NCBI GenBank assembly: GCA_964016885.1
Contig: OZ024745.1
Location: forward strand, 128,774,001 to 128,838,000
Length of the DNA stretch: 64,000 nucleotides
Origin: Eledone cirrhosa
Taxonomy: Eukaryota
Direction of reading: 5' to 3'
Below, piece after piece: positions 25,424 through 38,511 of this stretch. Each line of letters starts with the position of its first letter. Position 1 is the first letter of the stretch. Under the pieces are notes generated by a model. The model searched no databases and was not told the DNA's origin. It saw only the letters and a list, made by a program, of their open reading frames with translations. The position numbers and the translations under genes were made by a program.

Positions 25424-25752
25424 TGGCGGCGAATTGGCCGAGTCGTTAGAGTGTCTGATAGAATGCTTTATGGTATTCGTTCCAGCTCTTTGCTCTCGTA
25501 GTTCAAATCCCGCCGAGATCAACTTTGCCTTTCATCCTTTTGAGGTTGATAAAATAAGTACCAGTCTAGTACTTGGGGTTGATTCTTGCTGTATATCTCT
25601 TTCTCATTTCCTCTCTCTCACTCAGTCTATCTTTCTCTGGAATAAACCTGCTGTACTCAGGCCTGGAGAGGGATGGGCTCCGTCTGTCTTAAAATGTTCA
25701 AGAAACGCTGTATGTCAATACAGCGTCCCTATGACTCTACCAGAAGTTACGG
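25424..25752 (+). mobile_element. SINE family B-related variant with extended tail
   Basis: ggcggcgaattggccgagtcgttagag head and central domain; tail homologous in reverse to 27953-28070. Confidence 0.7.
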
Positions 25753-27519
25753 TACCATACATTACATTCATACTTATTTCATTTAGTCTAGAAACCCAAA
25801 TAAAGGGTGTATTTGACCTTGTGCTGGGATCTGAATTCATAAGATAAAATAACATGGCTAAATGCTGAAAAGTAAAGTAACTTGCGATTAGCTCTTGGAA
25901 TTCTACAAAGCCTTGAAGAACAACAGATTTGCCATTTTCTTTTGCATTATTCTTCTATAATGGTTTCTGGAAACTCTCCTGTGAACTTGGCATTTTCATC
26001 TTTTAATTAATTTATTTATTTATTGTTGTCAGATGTTATTGGGTGTGAGTGTAAATTTTCCCTCTTTCCCATTCCTCCTTTCTAGAGAGAGGAGGGTGAA
26101 GGTAGTGGTGTGGTAGTGGTGGGGAGCTTTGTTGTTAGTGTAGGGTGGCAGTTGAGTAAGCTGCCTATTGATGATTGAATGGAATGGTGTTTTACTGGTG
26201 AATGTGTGGGTGTGTGTCTCTCTCTCTCTCTCTGGTATTCTGGTGAGTTAGAGCAGAGCTGATGGTTTCTCTTATATCTGCTGTTAAAGCTGTAGAAATA
26301 ATTATGACTTATTAAAATAGTTTTTTTTTGTTTGTTTGTTTTTCCTCTGTCCTCCTCCTCCTCCTCTCAAGATGTGTACCCCTGTGTAATAGTGTATGTG
26401 CGCGTGCGCATGTATCAAACACCATCTGCTTGCTAATCCTACCCCCTCCCCCTCTATATATATTAAGGGTACTTGTATGTGCTATCGTAATATTTTTTTG
26501 GTGGGTGGTGGCAGAGCTTATTATCCTGTGGTTTAGATATTGACACCCTACCCAGCACACCGCAATCACCGGCAGCAGCAGCAACAACAACAACAGCAGC
26601 AGTAACACCACCACCACCAACAACAACAACAACACCGCCCCCAGAAACACACTACTGCTTCATCTTCATGTATATTTTATTCCATAGTGATTCAGTAAGA
26701 AAATTAATCTGAGCAGCATGAAGATAATTGTTATGGAGCTGGGGAATGAAGACAGACGATGATGATGATGATGAAGTTGTTGTTGTCATGATGATGATGA
26801 TGACAGTAGTATTGAGATATCAAAAAAAAAAAAAAAAGCCTGCATGTTGTTGTTAGACCTGCTGGAAATTGCAGCCAAATCTTGCCCAAATCACACCCTA
26901 ACCTCATCAAAAAATAATGAACAGTAAGAAAGAAAAAGAGATAGTCTAATGTAGTTTTAGATATATGACAAAAAGACTAGATGTACAGTTGGAATGTCTT
27001 TGATCATGGGTTTGCTAGATCTTGACTGACTCAAGGCTAAATAACAGCAGCAGCAACAACAACAACAACAACAGAGTTTCTATACAGATGTGTGAAGTGC
27101 AAAAAATTGCATCTAGATCTCAAATCATACTCAACTATCGAAAAAATGACGGAAAACATATTGATTAATTTAGTCATAGATATACCATGTTTTTAGGGGG
27201 AGGAAAGGTGGAATGGTCATGACTGGAACCTCTTTGATCATATATATGCCAGATAAAGTCTACCCTGGGGCCCAATAACTACTCCCTATGTTTATTTTTT
27301 TCTTTGGTGTCTGACAAAAGTAATTTTAAATATCTGTAGGTCTGCAGCCTGTCATTAGACATTTGTCTCTCAATTTTTAATATTTTTCATTTTGTTGTTG
27401 TTGGTATATTCTTGTTGTTCGTTATATAATTTTCTTGTTACCATTTGTAGATGTTTTAAGTTCTGGTTACCATTCAGTTAATTCTATTCTTAATTTTGGT
27501 CAATACCTTTTTGCTTTAA

Positions 27520-27723
27520 CCCTTTAGCATTTGACCAGCTGTATCCGGCCAGAATTCTCTCACCTCTTTCTGTTCAAACCGGCCATAACCAGATACTCAT
27601 ACTGATGTTAAGGTATTGTTCTCAAAATAAATATCAAAATCTCATAGATTCGATATTATGTGAGATAAAGCCTTTACCATGAAAATGCAATAGTAAATAT
27701 GGATTAATGTAAATGCTAAAGGG
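27520..27723. mobile_element. piggyBac-like MITE (family P1), intact
   Basis: TTAA|CCCTTTAGCATTT...AAATGCTAAAGGG|TTAA; perfect 13 bp TIR and TTAA TSD. Confidence 0.88.
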
Positions 27724-27952
27724 TTAAAAGAATATTAGAAGAGAAAAAATTTCTTCTTTCCTTTTTATACTTGAAGTGATATTTCAGTTTAATATTTCTA
27801 AAAAATGTTTTAATATAAAATACACTTGTCCCAATTAACAGAGAAAATAATTTCATAAATAAATATTAGCTGAAATAGTGATTATAAAGGGTGCATAAGT
27901 GTATGTATATTTGTGTGTATGTATGTGTACATATGCATGCATCCATGGTCTT

Positions 27953-28142
27953 GTAACTCCTGCAGGAGTTGTAAGCGGCGTCATATTGACATACAGTGTT
28001 TTTAAGGCATCTTTGATCTTGGCGGAGCCCATCTCTCCAGGTCTGAATACAGCAGATTTCTTCCAGAGAAGAATAGAAAGTGGGAGAATTGGAGCGAGGA
28101 AGAAATATAGAAGAAGAATCAACCCAGTACTAGACTGGTACC

Positions 28143-28179
<37 letters not shown>

Positions 28180-28302
28180 GACCTCAAATGGATGAAAGGC
28201 AAAGTTGACCTCGGCGGGATTTGAACTCAGAGATCAGCGAGCTGAAAGGAATACCATGAAGCATGCTATCTGATGTTCTAACGACTCTGCCAATTCATCG
28301 CT
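27953..28302 (-). mobile_element. SINE family B-related variant with extended tail
   Basis: Reverse copy of 25424-25752. Confidence 0.7.
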
Positions 28303-28674
28303 TTAACTGTGTGGTAAATAATTGAATATATGTCTGCTTTGTGTTTGAATATATCTAAGATCTGCTATTGCCTTATATCCATTTCACTATAGCCATTGAC
28401 CATAGCGCCATCTCTCTTCCAATTAGCCGTAGAGGACTCCCATTGAATAACTGCCTATTAGGACACATTAACGTGTATATTGTGAGATTCATGTATATTT
28501 AGATGCCATATGTGTGTGTGAGTATGTGTAAAAGATAAAAAAAATATTTCATTACATGTGAATGTGTATGTGTAATGTGTGTATGTATGTGTATATACAC
28601 ACATACACATACACACACTCACTCATACTTACATACAGAAGCACAATGTAAAAATAGTCAGTTCTGGAAATTAT

Positions 28675-29324
28675 ATATGTGTGTGCGTGTCTGAGCTCTG
28701 TCTATGTGTGTGTGTGTGTGTGGCTGGCTGTGTGTGTGTGCGTGTGAGTGTGGCTGTGTGTGTGAATGTGTCTGCGTGTGAGTATAGCTGCGTGTCTGGG
28801 CTCTGTCTGTGTGTGTGTGGTTGGCTGTGTGTGTGAATGTGTCTGCGTGTGTGTGGCTGTGTGAGTGTAGCTGTGTATGTGTGACTGTGTGTGTGTGTGT
28901 GGCTGTGTGTGTGTGTGGCTGCGTGTGAGTGAGCTGTGTGTGTGTGACTGTGTGAGTGTAGCTGTGTATGTGTGACTGTGTGTGTGTGTGTGTGACTGTG
29001 AGTGTAGCTGTGTGTGTGTGTGGCTGCGTGTGAGTGAGCTGTGTGTGTGTGGCTGTGTGAGTGTAGCTGTGTATGTGTGGCTGTGTGTGTGTGTGGCTGT
29101 GAGTGTGTGTGGCTGTGTGAGTGTGTGTGTGTGTGGCTGTGTGTGTGTGTGGCTGTGTGTGTGTGTGTGGCTGTGTGTGTGTGTGGCTGTGTGTGTACTC
29201 TTGCACATATAATAAAACAAAAAATATTTATGGAAATTAATTATATTTGTGTGCGTGTGTGTTAGAAAGTGGACAAAATACTGATATATATGTGTATGTG
29301 TGTGTGTGTATATGTGTGTGTATA

Positions 29325-29381
<57 letters not shown>

Positions 29382-29580
29382 GTGCGTGTGTGTGTGTGTA
29401 TATATATGTGTGTGTGTGTGTATATATATATGTGTGTGTGTATATATATGTGTGTGTGTGTATATATATGTGTGTGTGTGTGTATATATATATGTGTGTG
29501 TGTATATATATGTGTGTGTGTGTAGATATATATATATATGTGTGTGTGTATATATATATATGTGTGTATGTATGTATCTG
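28675..29580. repeat. (TG)n-based compound microsatellite
   Basis: gtgtggctgtgt and TG/TA units. Confidence 0.9.
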
Positions 29581-29709
29581 TGTTTGAGAGAGATTTCTTT
29601 CAGAGAGCAATAGCTTAGAACAACAGTAGGAGGGAGGGGCAGGGTTGGGTTGTTGTTTTTTCTCTCTGAAGATTTATTATTTGTTTGTTTATTTATTTAT
29701 TGCTTTCCA

Positions 29710-29947
29710 GCCCACCCTTATCCCTTCCCCATCCCACGTCCACAACCACCCCACCCTTATCCCTTCCCCATCCCACGTCCACAACCACCCCACCCTTATC
29801 CCTTCCCCATCCCACTTCCACAACCACCCCACCCTTATCCCTTCCCCATCCCACTTCCACAACCACCCCACCCTTATCCCTTCCCCATCCCACGTCCACA
29901 ACCACCCCACCCTTATCCCTTCCCCATCCCACGTCCACAACCACCCC
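29710..29947. repeat. 39 bp C-rich minisatellite x6
   Basis: Unit cccacccttatcccttccccatcccacgtccacaaccac. Confidence 0.93.
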
Positions 29948-30015
29948 ATTTTTTATTTTATATCTCACCACCCTAACAACTCCCCTCCACCCCCAACCCA
30001 TCTATATTTTTATCG

Positions 30016-30154
30016 CCATCAACATCACCATCATCATCATCATCAGAACCATCATCAACATCACCATCATCATCATCAGAACCATCATCAGATCCATCAA
30101 CATCACCACCTCCATCATCATCATCACCACCTCCATCATCATCAACATCACCAC

Positions 30155-30186
<32 letters not shown>

Positions 30187-30253
30187 CCACCTCCATCATC
30201 ATCATCATCATCAACATCACCACCTCCATCATCATCATCATCAACATCACCAC

Positions 30254-30286
<33 letters not shown>

Positions 30287-30319
30287 CATCACCACCTCCA
30301 TCATCATCAACATCACCAC

Positions 30320-30352
<33 letters not shown>

Positions 30353-30373
30353 CATCACCACCTCCATCATCAA
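30016..30373. repeat. (CAT)n-based tract
   Basis: catcaacatcaccacctc interspersed with CAT runs. Confidence 0.92.
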
Positions 30374-31604
30374 TCAGGTTTGGGTTATCCAATATTTGGG
30401 TAATGTAGCTGAAGCATTGTTCCATTTAATAGAATTTATGGACATGGCTATCTGTTTGAAGTCTTGCAGATGACTGGAGTTTTTATGATAAAAAACACTA
30501 AATTAATGAGAGAGAGAGAAAGAGAGAGTCAGAGAGGGGGGGGGGGGGGAGAATGAGGGACTGGGAACAAATGGAAATGTTCATTGCTGTGTGTGTGAAA
30601 GTGTGTGTCTGTATGTGAAAGTATGTGTATGTGTGTTTGCTAGGCCTTTATACTATTTTGTGGCTCTGTCTGTATGATATATATATATATAATTTGTGTG
30701 TGTATTTATGTGTGTGTGTATGTATGTGTATATGTGTGTGTATTTATGTATATAAATGTGTGTGTGCTTGTCTTCTTGTATTTGTAGATGTACTTGCAGA
30801 TAGATTGGTGTATTCCTAAAACTGTATAGTTAGGTGTATGTGTATGTGACTTGGTGTGCACACGTTTATATGAAAATGCATGCGTGTATGTGTGTGTATG
30901 TATATATATATATATACATACACACACAGTGCTGTTGGTGTTAAAATTGGAATGAAAGAATGGAAAAATACATGCCAAGTTTGTGATTCTTTGTTGTTTT
31001 CTGCCTCTGTAAACTATTTCAACCGTATTTTGATATTTTAGAATAGATCTTTCTTCGTTGGAAACAATTTTCTTATTTCTTGTTTTTGAATATATTAGTC
31101 ATTTTTTTTTCTTCATATATATATATATATATATTACACATATAATAGATATATACATATATACACATACATATATATATATGACGGCCTCACCCTTGCA
31201 AGCAGGGAAAAGCGGACGTAAAATGATGATGTTGATGATGATATATATATATATAAAAACATGCACACATAGACACATATACAGGAATATGTTTATATAC
31301 ATACATATACATATACACACATATGCCAATACAAATAAATAATATACTCATAGACACATACATGTGTCTGTGTGTGTGGACTGCATATAGTTATTTTCTA
31401 ACGAGTATTCACATAAAGATTTATGTGGAACCATTGGTTCCATGTGAAATGTTAACATTTCTGCTATTAAATCCTCGTGAGATTCTCTGAGGCTATGGTT
31501 GCCTTGCCTACAAAACTGTTTCACAGGTGTATAATTCTTTCATCATTTGTTGACTATGTGGCATTACACACAGGTGTAGGAATTAAAAGAGCAATCAACA
31601 TGAT

Positions 31605-32040
31605 GATCATCATCATATGTCCATTTTCTACTCTAGCATGGGTAAGACGGGTTGTCCCTTTGTGAGAGATCAGGTCGGTCGGAGGACAGTGTTTTGCTCA
31701 CACAGAACTGATTTTGGCTCGGTTCTATGGCTAGATGCCCTTCCCGACACCAATCACATTTACTCTGTGTGCTGGCTGCTTTTTGTCATGATGCCATCAT
31801 GACCACTTTATTTTGTGGGCCGAGCACTTTTTGTTGTCAACACGGTCACCTTGCAGTGTGAACAGGGCGCGTTTTGTTGTGACACCACAATATGGAAGTA
31901 GAATCATCACCACCATTTAACGTCCATTTTCCTACACTAGCATGGGTTAGATGAGTTGTCCTGTTGTGAGACAAGTCAGATCAGGTGACTGTGTCTTGCT
32001 CATACAGAACTGCTTCTGGTTTGTTTTCTACAGCTGGATG
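31605..32040 (-). mobile_element. Two degenerate RTE 3' UTR fragments
   Basis: tagcatgggt, ctggatgccc and tttac..tgtg motifs in reverse, with CAT tails. Confidence 0.65.
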
Positions 32041-32271
32041 TGTATGAAAACTTTCACTCATCCTTGCTTTACTATTGGTTTCATAGACATATTCAAAATC
32101 CAAATATTCAGATGTGCTAGATCATCATCATCATCATCATCATTGTTTTACATCACTTTTCTATGCTTGCATTTCTTAGCTGAGTTGTCATGTTCTGCTG
32201 CTAGGCAGGTTTGATGACTGTGCCTGATTCTTCCTAATGCCAACCACTTCACGAATGTGTGTCAGGTATAT

Positions 32272-32556
32272 TTTATCATGGCATCACCACTACCACTTGA
32301 CAGGGTGGACTGGGTCCTTTTTATCATGGCACCGGTACTAGCAATTTACAAGGTGGACTGGGTGCTTTTTATCATGGCACCAGTACTAGCAATTTACAAA
32401 GTGGACTGGGTGCTTTTTATCATGGCACTAGTACTAGCAATTTACAGGGTGAACTGGGTGCTTTTTATCATGGCACTAGTACTAGCAATTTACAGGGTGA
32501 ACTGGGTGCTTATTATCATGGCACCAGTACTAGCAATTTACAGGGTGGACTGGGTG
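32272..32556. repeat. 48 bp minisatellite (~6 units) inside an RTE 3' UTR remnant
   Basis: Unit tttttatcatggcaccagtactagcaatttacagggtggactgggtgc. Confidence 0.88.
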
Positions 32557-33167
32557 TATATTATTGTGGTATCTGCATTTCCATTTAAGAAATGTTGGAA
32601 GCCAAACACAGGTTTGCTACAATAATGATAATATTAGAAAATCATGTAAATTACCCTTAAGGACAGAAAATAAGTGGCAGCAACCACTACAGAGAATCAA
32701 ATTGTGTATCTCTTGAGTTCTGGTCAAGTAAATAGAGACATTCATATAGGTGTCACCATCACACACACTCGCATTCAGATATGTCATTTGACTAAGAAAA
32801 ACACACATTTGTTCTTATTTCAAGCACACACATAAACATATAATTACACACACACACACATGTAATTACGCACACACTCAGCCATGATGTCTGTTTACTG
32901 TTCTCTTTTGTTTTATAATGTTTAAAAGAAAAAAGAAAAGGAGCGAGTATGTATGAGAGAGAGTGTGTGAGAGAGAGAGTGTGTGTGAGAGAGAGAGTGT
33001 ATGTGTAAAAAAAACATCTCACTAATTAACTGAATTTTTGAAATTTTCAACTGAGTTTTTACTTAGCCCCAGGACACTGTTGCGGAGATTCACAACCACA
33101 AGTGAATAATTTTAGTTTATTTTTATTTTTCTAACCAACTCTGGCTCCAATCTTATGCACACACACA

Positions 33168-33203
<36 letters not shown>

Positions 33204-33518
33204 GTTTTCGCTCCAACATAGCTATATATACGTGTCACTATGTGTATTTTGTGTGAGCATGTATGTGTGTTTGTAAATATATATATATGTGTGTGCGCGT
33301 GTGTATATATATATTTGTATGTGTGTTTGTATATATATATATACACATATACGTGTTTGTGTGTGTGTATATTTAACTTATGGTTTAAGAATGGCCATAA
33401 GGCAAATCTACACTCTACTTTCCTTAAGTATGAATTACTAAATTGTATAATAGCCTTACCATTCTTAAATTGTAACAATTTATATATATATGTATATATA
33501 TATATTTCGTAGAATCAA

Positions 33519-33610
33519 GACATATCTGAAGACTGCGATTTTCAGAGTCAGGTTCGATCATCGCATCGACCGTGCCTCGAGCTGGTCGACAGAAACGATT
33601 GTAATATGTC
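33519..33610 (+). ncRNA. Type I hammerhead with extended stem II
   Basis: gacatat-CTGAAGA-59 nt-GAAA-cgattgta^atatgtc (7 bp stem I), then AATAAA at 33612. Confidence 0.78.
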
Positions 33611-33744
33611 CAATAAATTCCATTCGTCGCAACACTGATTCTTTTTTGCTGTGATATATATATATATACACACATCATCATCATTTCATTTTACGTCCAC
33701 TTTTTCCCTGCTTGCAAGGGTGGGACATATATATATATATATAT

Positions 33745-33787
<43 letters not shown>

Positions 33788-33943
33788 CATTGACAAATAT
33801 ATCAATATGCCCAGACATTCAGATATATTGCCCTTGGTATGACAGTGTGGTTTTAGCTCAATGTAGGATAACTAGTATACTACAGAGCTGTTATAGTTAT
33901 AGGAATAACCAAAGAGTGCTTACTATTGATATACTCTTGTTTA

Positions 33944-33993
33944 TAGGCTCTGATGATTCCTGCCATGGTGTATGGATGAAACACTGTTAGCTA
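33944..33993 (+). ncRNA. Type I hammerhead-like motif
   Basis: taggct-CTGATGA-t-tcc..gga-t-GAAA-cactgtt^agcta-ATAAA. Confidence 0.6.
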
Positions 33994-34050
33994 ATAAAAC
34001 AATGTATTTCTAAGCATTCTTTGGTTATTCCTATAACTATATATATATAT

Positions 34051-34112
34051 AAAGGATCACTTAAATATATTTGATAATGAAAGAAAGTCATGAGACATAT
34101 TCTATTGCAAAC

Positions 34113-34152
<40 letters not shown>

Positions 34153-34237
34153 TGTGTGTATGAATGTGTAGTAATGTTTGCAATAGAATATGTCTCATGA
34201 CTTTCTTTCATTATCAAATATATTTAAGTGATCCTTT
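34051..34237. repeat. 63 bp perfect inverted repeat with CA/TG spacer
   Basis: 34051-34113 is the reverse complement of 34175-34237. Confidence 0.92.
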
Positions 34238-34588
34238 TTTTTTATTGGCCAGCCTGTATTTCTCATACCATGTACATGTATGTCATAATATGTGTGTTTG
34301 TGTCTGTGTGTTTGTGTACATGTATGTGTATGTTATCAGGGAACTCTAGTTTGTACTACACCAACTTTCCAATTGGAATTGTCTCATTGGTCAAAAATAA
34401 TAATAAAAAAGGCAGCAAAAGTATATTCATCACAGCTCCATGTTTTCCCAGCTTCTCTTAAAATAAAACAAAACAAATTCTCTTTGTCCTTGTCTACATT
34501 GAAAGAAAAAAAGATATTTGTGTATGATACAAATATAGAGTGAGACCCACATGGACAACTCTCCCCAATATATGTATGTATGTATATG

Positions 34589-34637
<49 letters not shown>

Positions 34638-34653
34638 ATGCATGCATGTGTGT

Positions 34654-34703
<50 letters not shown>

Positions 34704-34788
34704 TATACATATGTATGTATATATATATACACACACACACCGAGAGACACATGGACAACTCCTTCCTCAATAGGTGTATGTATGTATG

Positions 34789-34819
<31 letters not shown>

Positions 34820-35512
34820 GTGTGTGTATATATGTATATATATACACACAGTGAGACACATGGACAACTACTCTGTGTGTGTGTATAACTGACATAGTGT
34901 AAATTCACAAGCATAGGTTTCTAAACACCCACCTCAGACTTTATTCTTTCATACAGACACACAAATGCATATTTTATATCCATACATTTGCCAGAAAAAC
35001 CATTATTCAGATCTGTAGAGTCAACATCTCATCCTCTGCTCTCATCTCGCCACCCCAAGTCTCTTTCATTCTTAACCCCAACCCCGCTGCAGTTCACATC
35101 ATTTTGTGTCTCCCATTTTGATGTCTACCCTCTCCTACACTTCTCTCATCAGTTTTGTCAGGTGGTGTGATGGTAGGCAGACTACGTCTGAGTGTTAAGG
35201 TGAGGGAAATGTTGAGAATAGTTATAACTAATTGTATGTGTATATCTGTGTGTAAGTGTCCATGTAGGACTGTATGTGTGTTTGTCCAGCGTGTGTGTGT
35301 GAGCGTGCATATGTGTTAAGGTGAGGTAGAAGTTGATAATAGCTATAAGTAAGTGTATGTTTGTGTATATCTGTGTGTAAGTGTCCATGTAAGACTGTAT
35401 GTGTTTGTCTAAGATGTGTAATATCTGATGGTCTAAAATGCTGGCTAGCAAGCAAGCAGCCCAGTGTTAATGCCACTTCATCCTAGCAACACTGCTGTAT
35501 GCATACACTATA

Positions 35513-35668
<156 letters not shown>

Positions 35669-36641
35669 TCATGCTCATTTCCTCTCTCTTTCTCTCTTTT
35701 ACTCTCTGCATCACATGCATTGGTTCCCTTTGATCTACCGTGTGACCGTTTAAATTTTGTTTTGTAAATTTGAATGATGATTTCAGCCTCTCAAACCCCA
35801 CTGCCACCACCATCATATTTTCATTACTTCACAAGTAATACCAGGGCTGGTGGCAATACTAAGGTTGGTGTTGATGTTAGCAGTATTAGTAAGAACAATG
35901 GTAGTTATTGGTGGTCAAAGTTATTCTGACTATGACCATCTCATTATTTCAAACATAGTACATGTAGGTCATATTGATTAATTTAGTCATAGATATACCA
36001 TGTTTTCTTTGTTTTTTTTTTTTGGGGGGGGGGGGGCGGGGGGTCATGACTGGAACCTCTTTGATCATATATATGCCAGATAAAGTCTACCCCGGGGTCC
36101 AATAACTACTCCCTATGTTTATTTTTTTCTTTGGTCTCTGAAAAAAGTAATTTTAAATATTTGTAGGTCTGCAGCCTGTCATTAGACATGTTTCTCAATT
36201 TTTAATATTTTTCATTTTAATTTTTGTTGTTGGTAGTATATTCTTGTTCATAATATAATTCTCTAGTTACCATTTGTAGATGTTTTAAGTTCTGGTTACC
36301 ATTCAGTTAATTCTATTCCTAATTTTGGTCAATACCTTTAGTATTTGACCGGCCAGAATTCTCTCACCTCTTTCTGTCCAAACCTGAACACAGCGAGTTT
36401 CTTTCAGAGAAGGTTAGATCATAAGACAGAGGAAGAGATATAGAGGAAAAACAACCCCATTACTAGACTGGTACTTTTTTCTGTCAACCTTGACAGGATT
36501 TGAACTCAGGAAGCAGAGAGCTGGAACGAATACTGCAGAATATTATATCCAATGTTCTAATGACTTTATCAGATTGTGTGTATATATATATCATGCAAGC
36601 GTGGAAGATGGACGTTAAACGATGATGATGATATATATTCA

Positions 36642-36982
36642 TTTTCATTTCATTTTCATTGTACATCCGCTTTTTTCCTGCTTGCAAGGGTGGGACAGGA
36701 ACTGATTCTGGCTTGATTTCTACAGCTGGATGCCCTTCCTAACACCAACCTCATTTACAGTGAGTGCTGGGTGCTTTTTTGCCGTGGCGCCTCCACGACC
36801 ACTTTGCAGTGGAATGATAGGGACCCCAGTCCCTATCATCTCATTTCTACAGCTGAGTAAACTGGAGCAATGTGAAATAAAGTGTCTTGCTCAAGGAAAC
36901 AACACATCACCCGGTCTGAGAATTGAACTCACAACCTTTCGCTTGCAAGCCCAATGCTCTAACCGCTAAGCCATGTGTCTCC
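36642..36982 (-). mobile_element. Family A SINE, full length
   Basis: A box TGGCTTAGCGG, B box GAGTTCAATTC, CORE-like domain, hairpin and RTE tail. Confidence 0.9.
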
Positions 36983-37843
36983 ATTAAAGATGTATGTGTG
37001 TGTGTGTGGCTATATAAAGTTTGTATATTTTCTGCTAAATGTTACATGGATTGATGTGTAGGGTGGGGTAGGAATTGTGTTTTATAAAAGTCATGGGAAT
37101 TTTTTTTCACATGTGCACATGTTGTGCGTGTGTTTGCTTACATGTATGTATCTGTGTAATCTGTAGTTATTCATTGTGTGTGATGGGGGCTGGTGACGAC
37201 TGTTCAAAGAACACTCTGCATTTTGACTATTTCATGTCTTTCATGTTATAACTCTCTCCCTTCTCTCTCTCTCTCTCTTCTAACTTACTTTTCATTGATT
37301 CCTGCACTTCTTTCTTTTCCTCTTTATTGTTAACTGCCTTGTCTTTCTATCTATGTTGCATTGCTTCTCTCTCTCTCTCCCTGCTCTTACTGTCTCTATT
37401 TTTGTTTCATCACTCATCTTTTTCTGTCCTCCCTTCTTATCTCTCTCTCTCTCTCTCTCTCACCACTCACCTTATCTTCTTTTGTTCCTATCCTACCTGG
37501 CTTGACTCCCCACTCCCCTGTCCATCCTTATTCCCCCAACCTTGTCCCCCCCTCTCTCTTTCCTTTGCTGCTCATATAGTCTCTATCCCTACCTCCTCCT
37601 CCTATATTCTCTTTCCTTTATTTTCATCTCTCCCCTCCCTCCTTCATATTTCTATACTCTCTCACTACCACTCACAACTTGATCTCTATCTCCCAATCCC
37701 CCCCTGTTTCTCATTATTTGCTCTCCCCTCCCTCTTCCCCTTTCTATTTTTCTTCTTTCTCAATATTCTCCTTCGTAGACCCCCCCCCCCACCATCACCA
37801 CCAAACCTACTTTGGCTCTAATATCTTCTTTACTTTAGCCCCT

Positions 37844-37927
<84 letters not shown>

Positions 37928-37944
37928 TCAATATATATATATAA

Positions 37945-38142
37945 ATGCCAGTTGAAGGAAGATGTGGTAGAGGTAGACCACGAAAAACATGGGCGGAGGT
38001 GGTGGGAACAGACCTCAGATCGTTGAAGCTCACGGTGGAGATGACGAAGGACCGTGACGAGTGGAGAGATGCTGTGCTGAATAAGACCCGTCCCACCCTT
38101 GCAAGCAGGGAAGAGCGGACGTAAAATGATGATGATGATGAT
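37945..38142 (+). mobile_element. RTE LINE 3' end (second family)
   Basis: PVEGRCGRGRPRKTWAEVVGTDLRSLKLTVEMTKDRDEWRDAVLNKTRPTLASREERT*, then directly (GAT)n. Confidence 0.9.
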
Positions 38143-38221
38143 ATATATATAAGATCATTAAGTATGAAATGTCCGATTTCAGATTGAAAGTGTTTAAAGC
38201 AATTGGACATTTCATACTTAA

Positions 38222-38400
38222 CCCTTTAATGTTCGAACCGGCCAAAACTGGCCAGAATTCTCTACCTCTTTCTGTTGAAACTGGCTGTAACTAGTCACTC
38301 AAACTGATGTTAAGGTATTGTTCTCAATATAAATACTTTCAAAATCTCATAGATTCGATATTATGTGAGGTAAAGCATTTACCATGAAAATACAATAGTA
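38222..38400. mobile_element. piggyBac-like MITE (P1), truncated
   Basis: TTAA|CCCTTTA start; internal match to 27520-27723. Confidence 0.75.
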
Positions 38401-38426
38401 TATATTTATATACATATATGTATATA

Positions 38427-38466
<40 letters not shown>

Positions 38467-38471
38467 ATATA

Positions 38472-38511
<40 letters not shown>

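Noticed and set aside
34018-34040. miR-9-like start tctttggttat
   Set aside because: Only the first 11 nt match, and the sequence is one arm of the inverted repeat around a hammerhead.
34537-34872. Three gagacacatggacaact repeats with variable spacers
   Set aside because: The spacers are microsatellites; this is a tandem duplication with slippage.
36905-36982. tRNA genes in SINE heads
   Set aside because: No complete cloverleaf; the heads run on into SINE bodies and are multi-copy.
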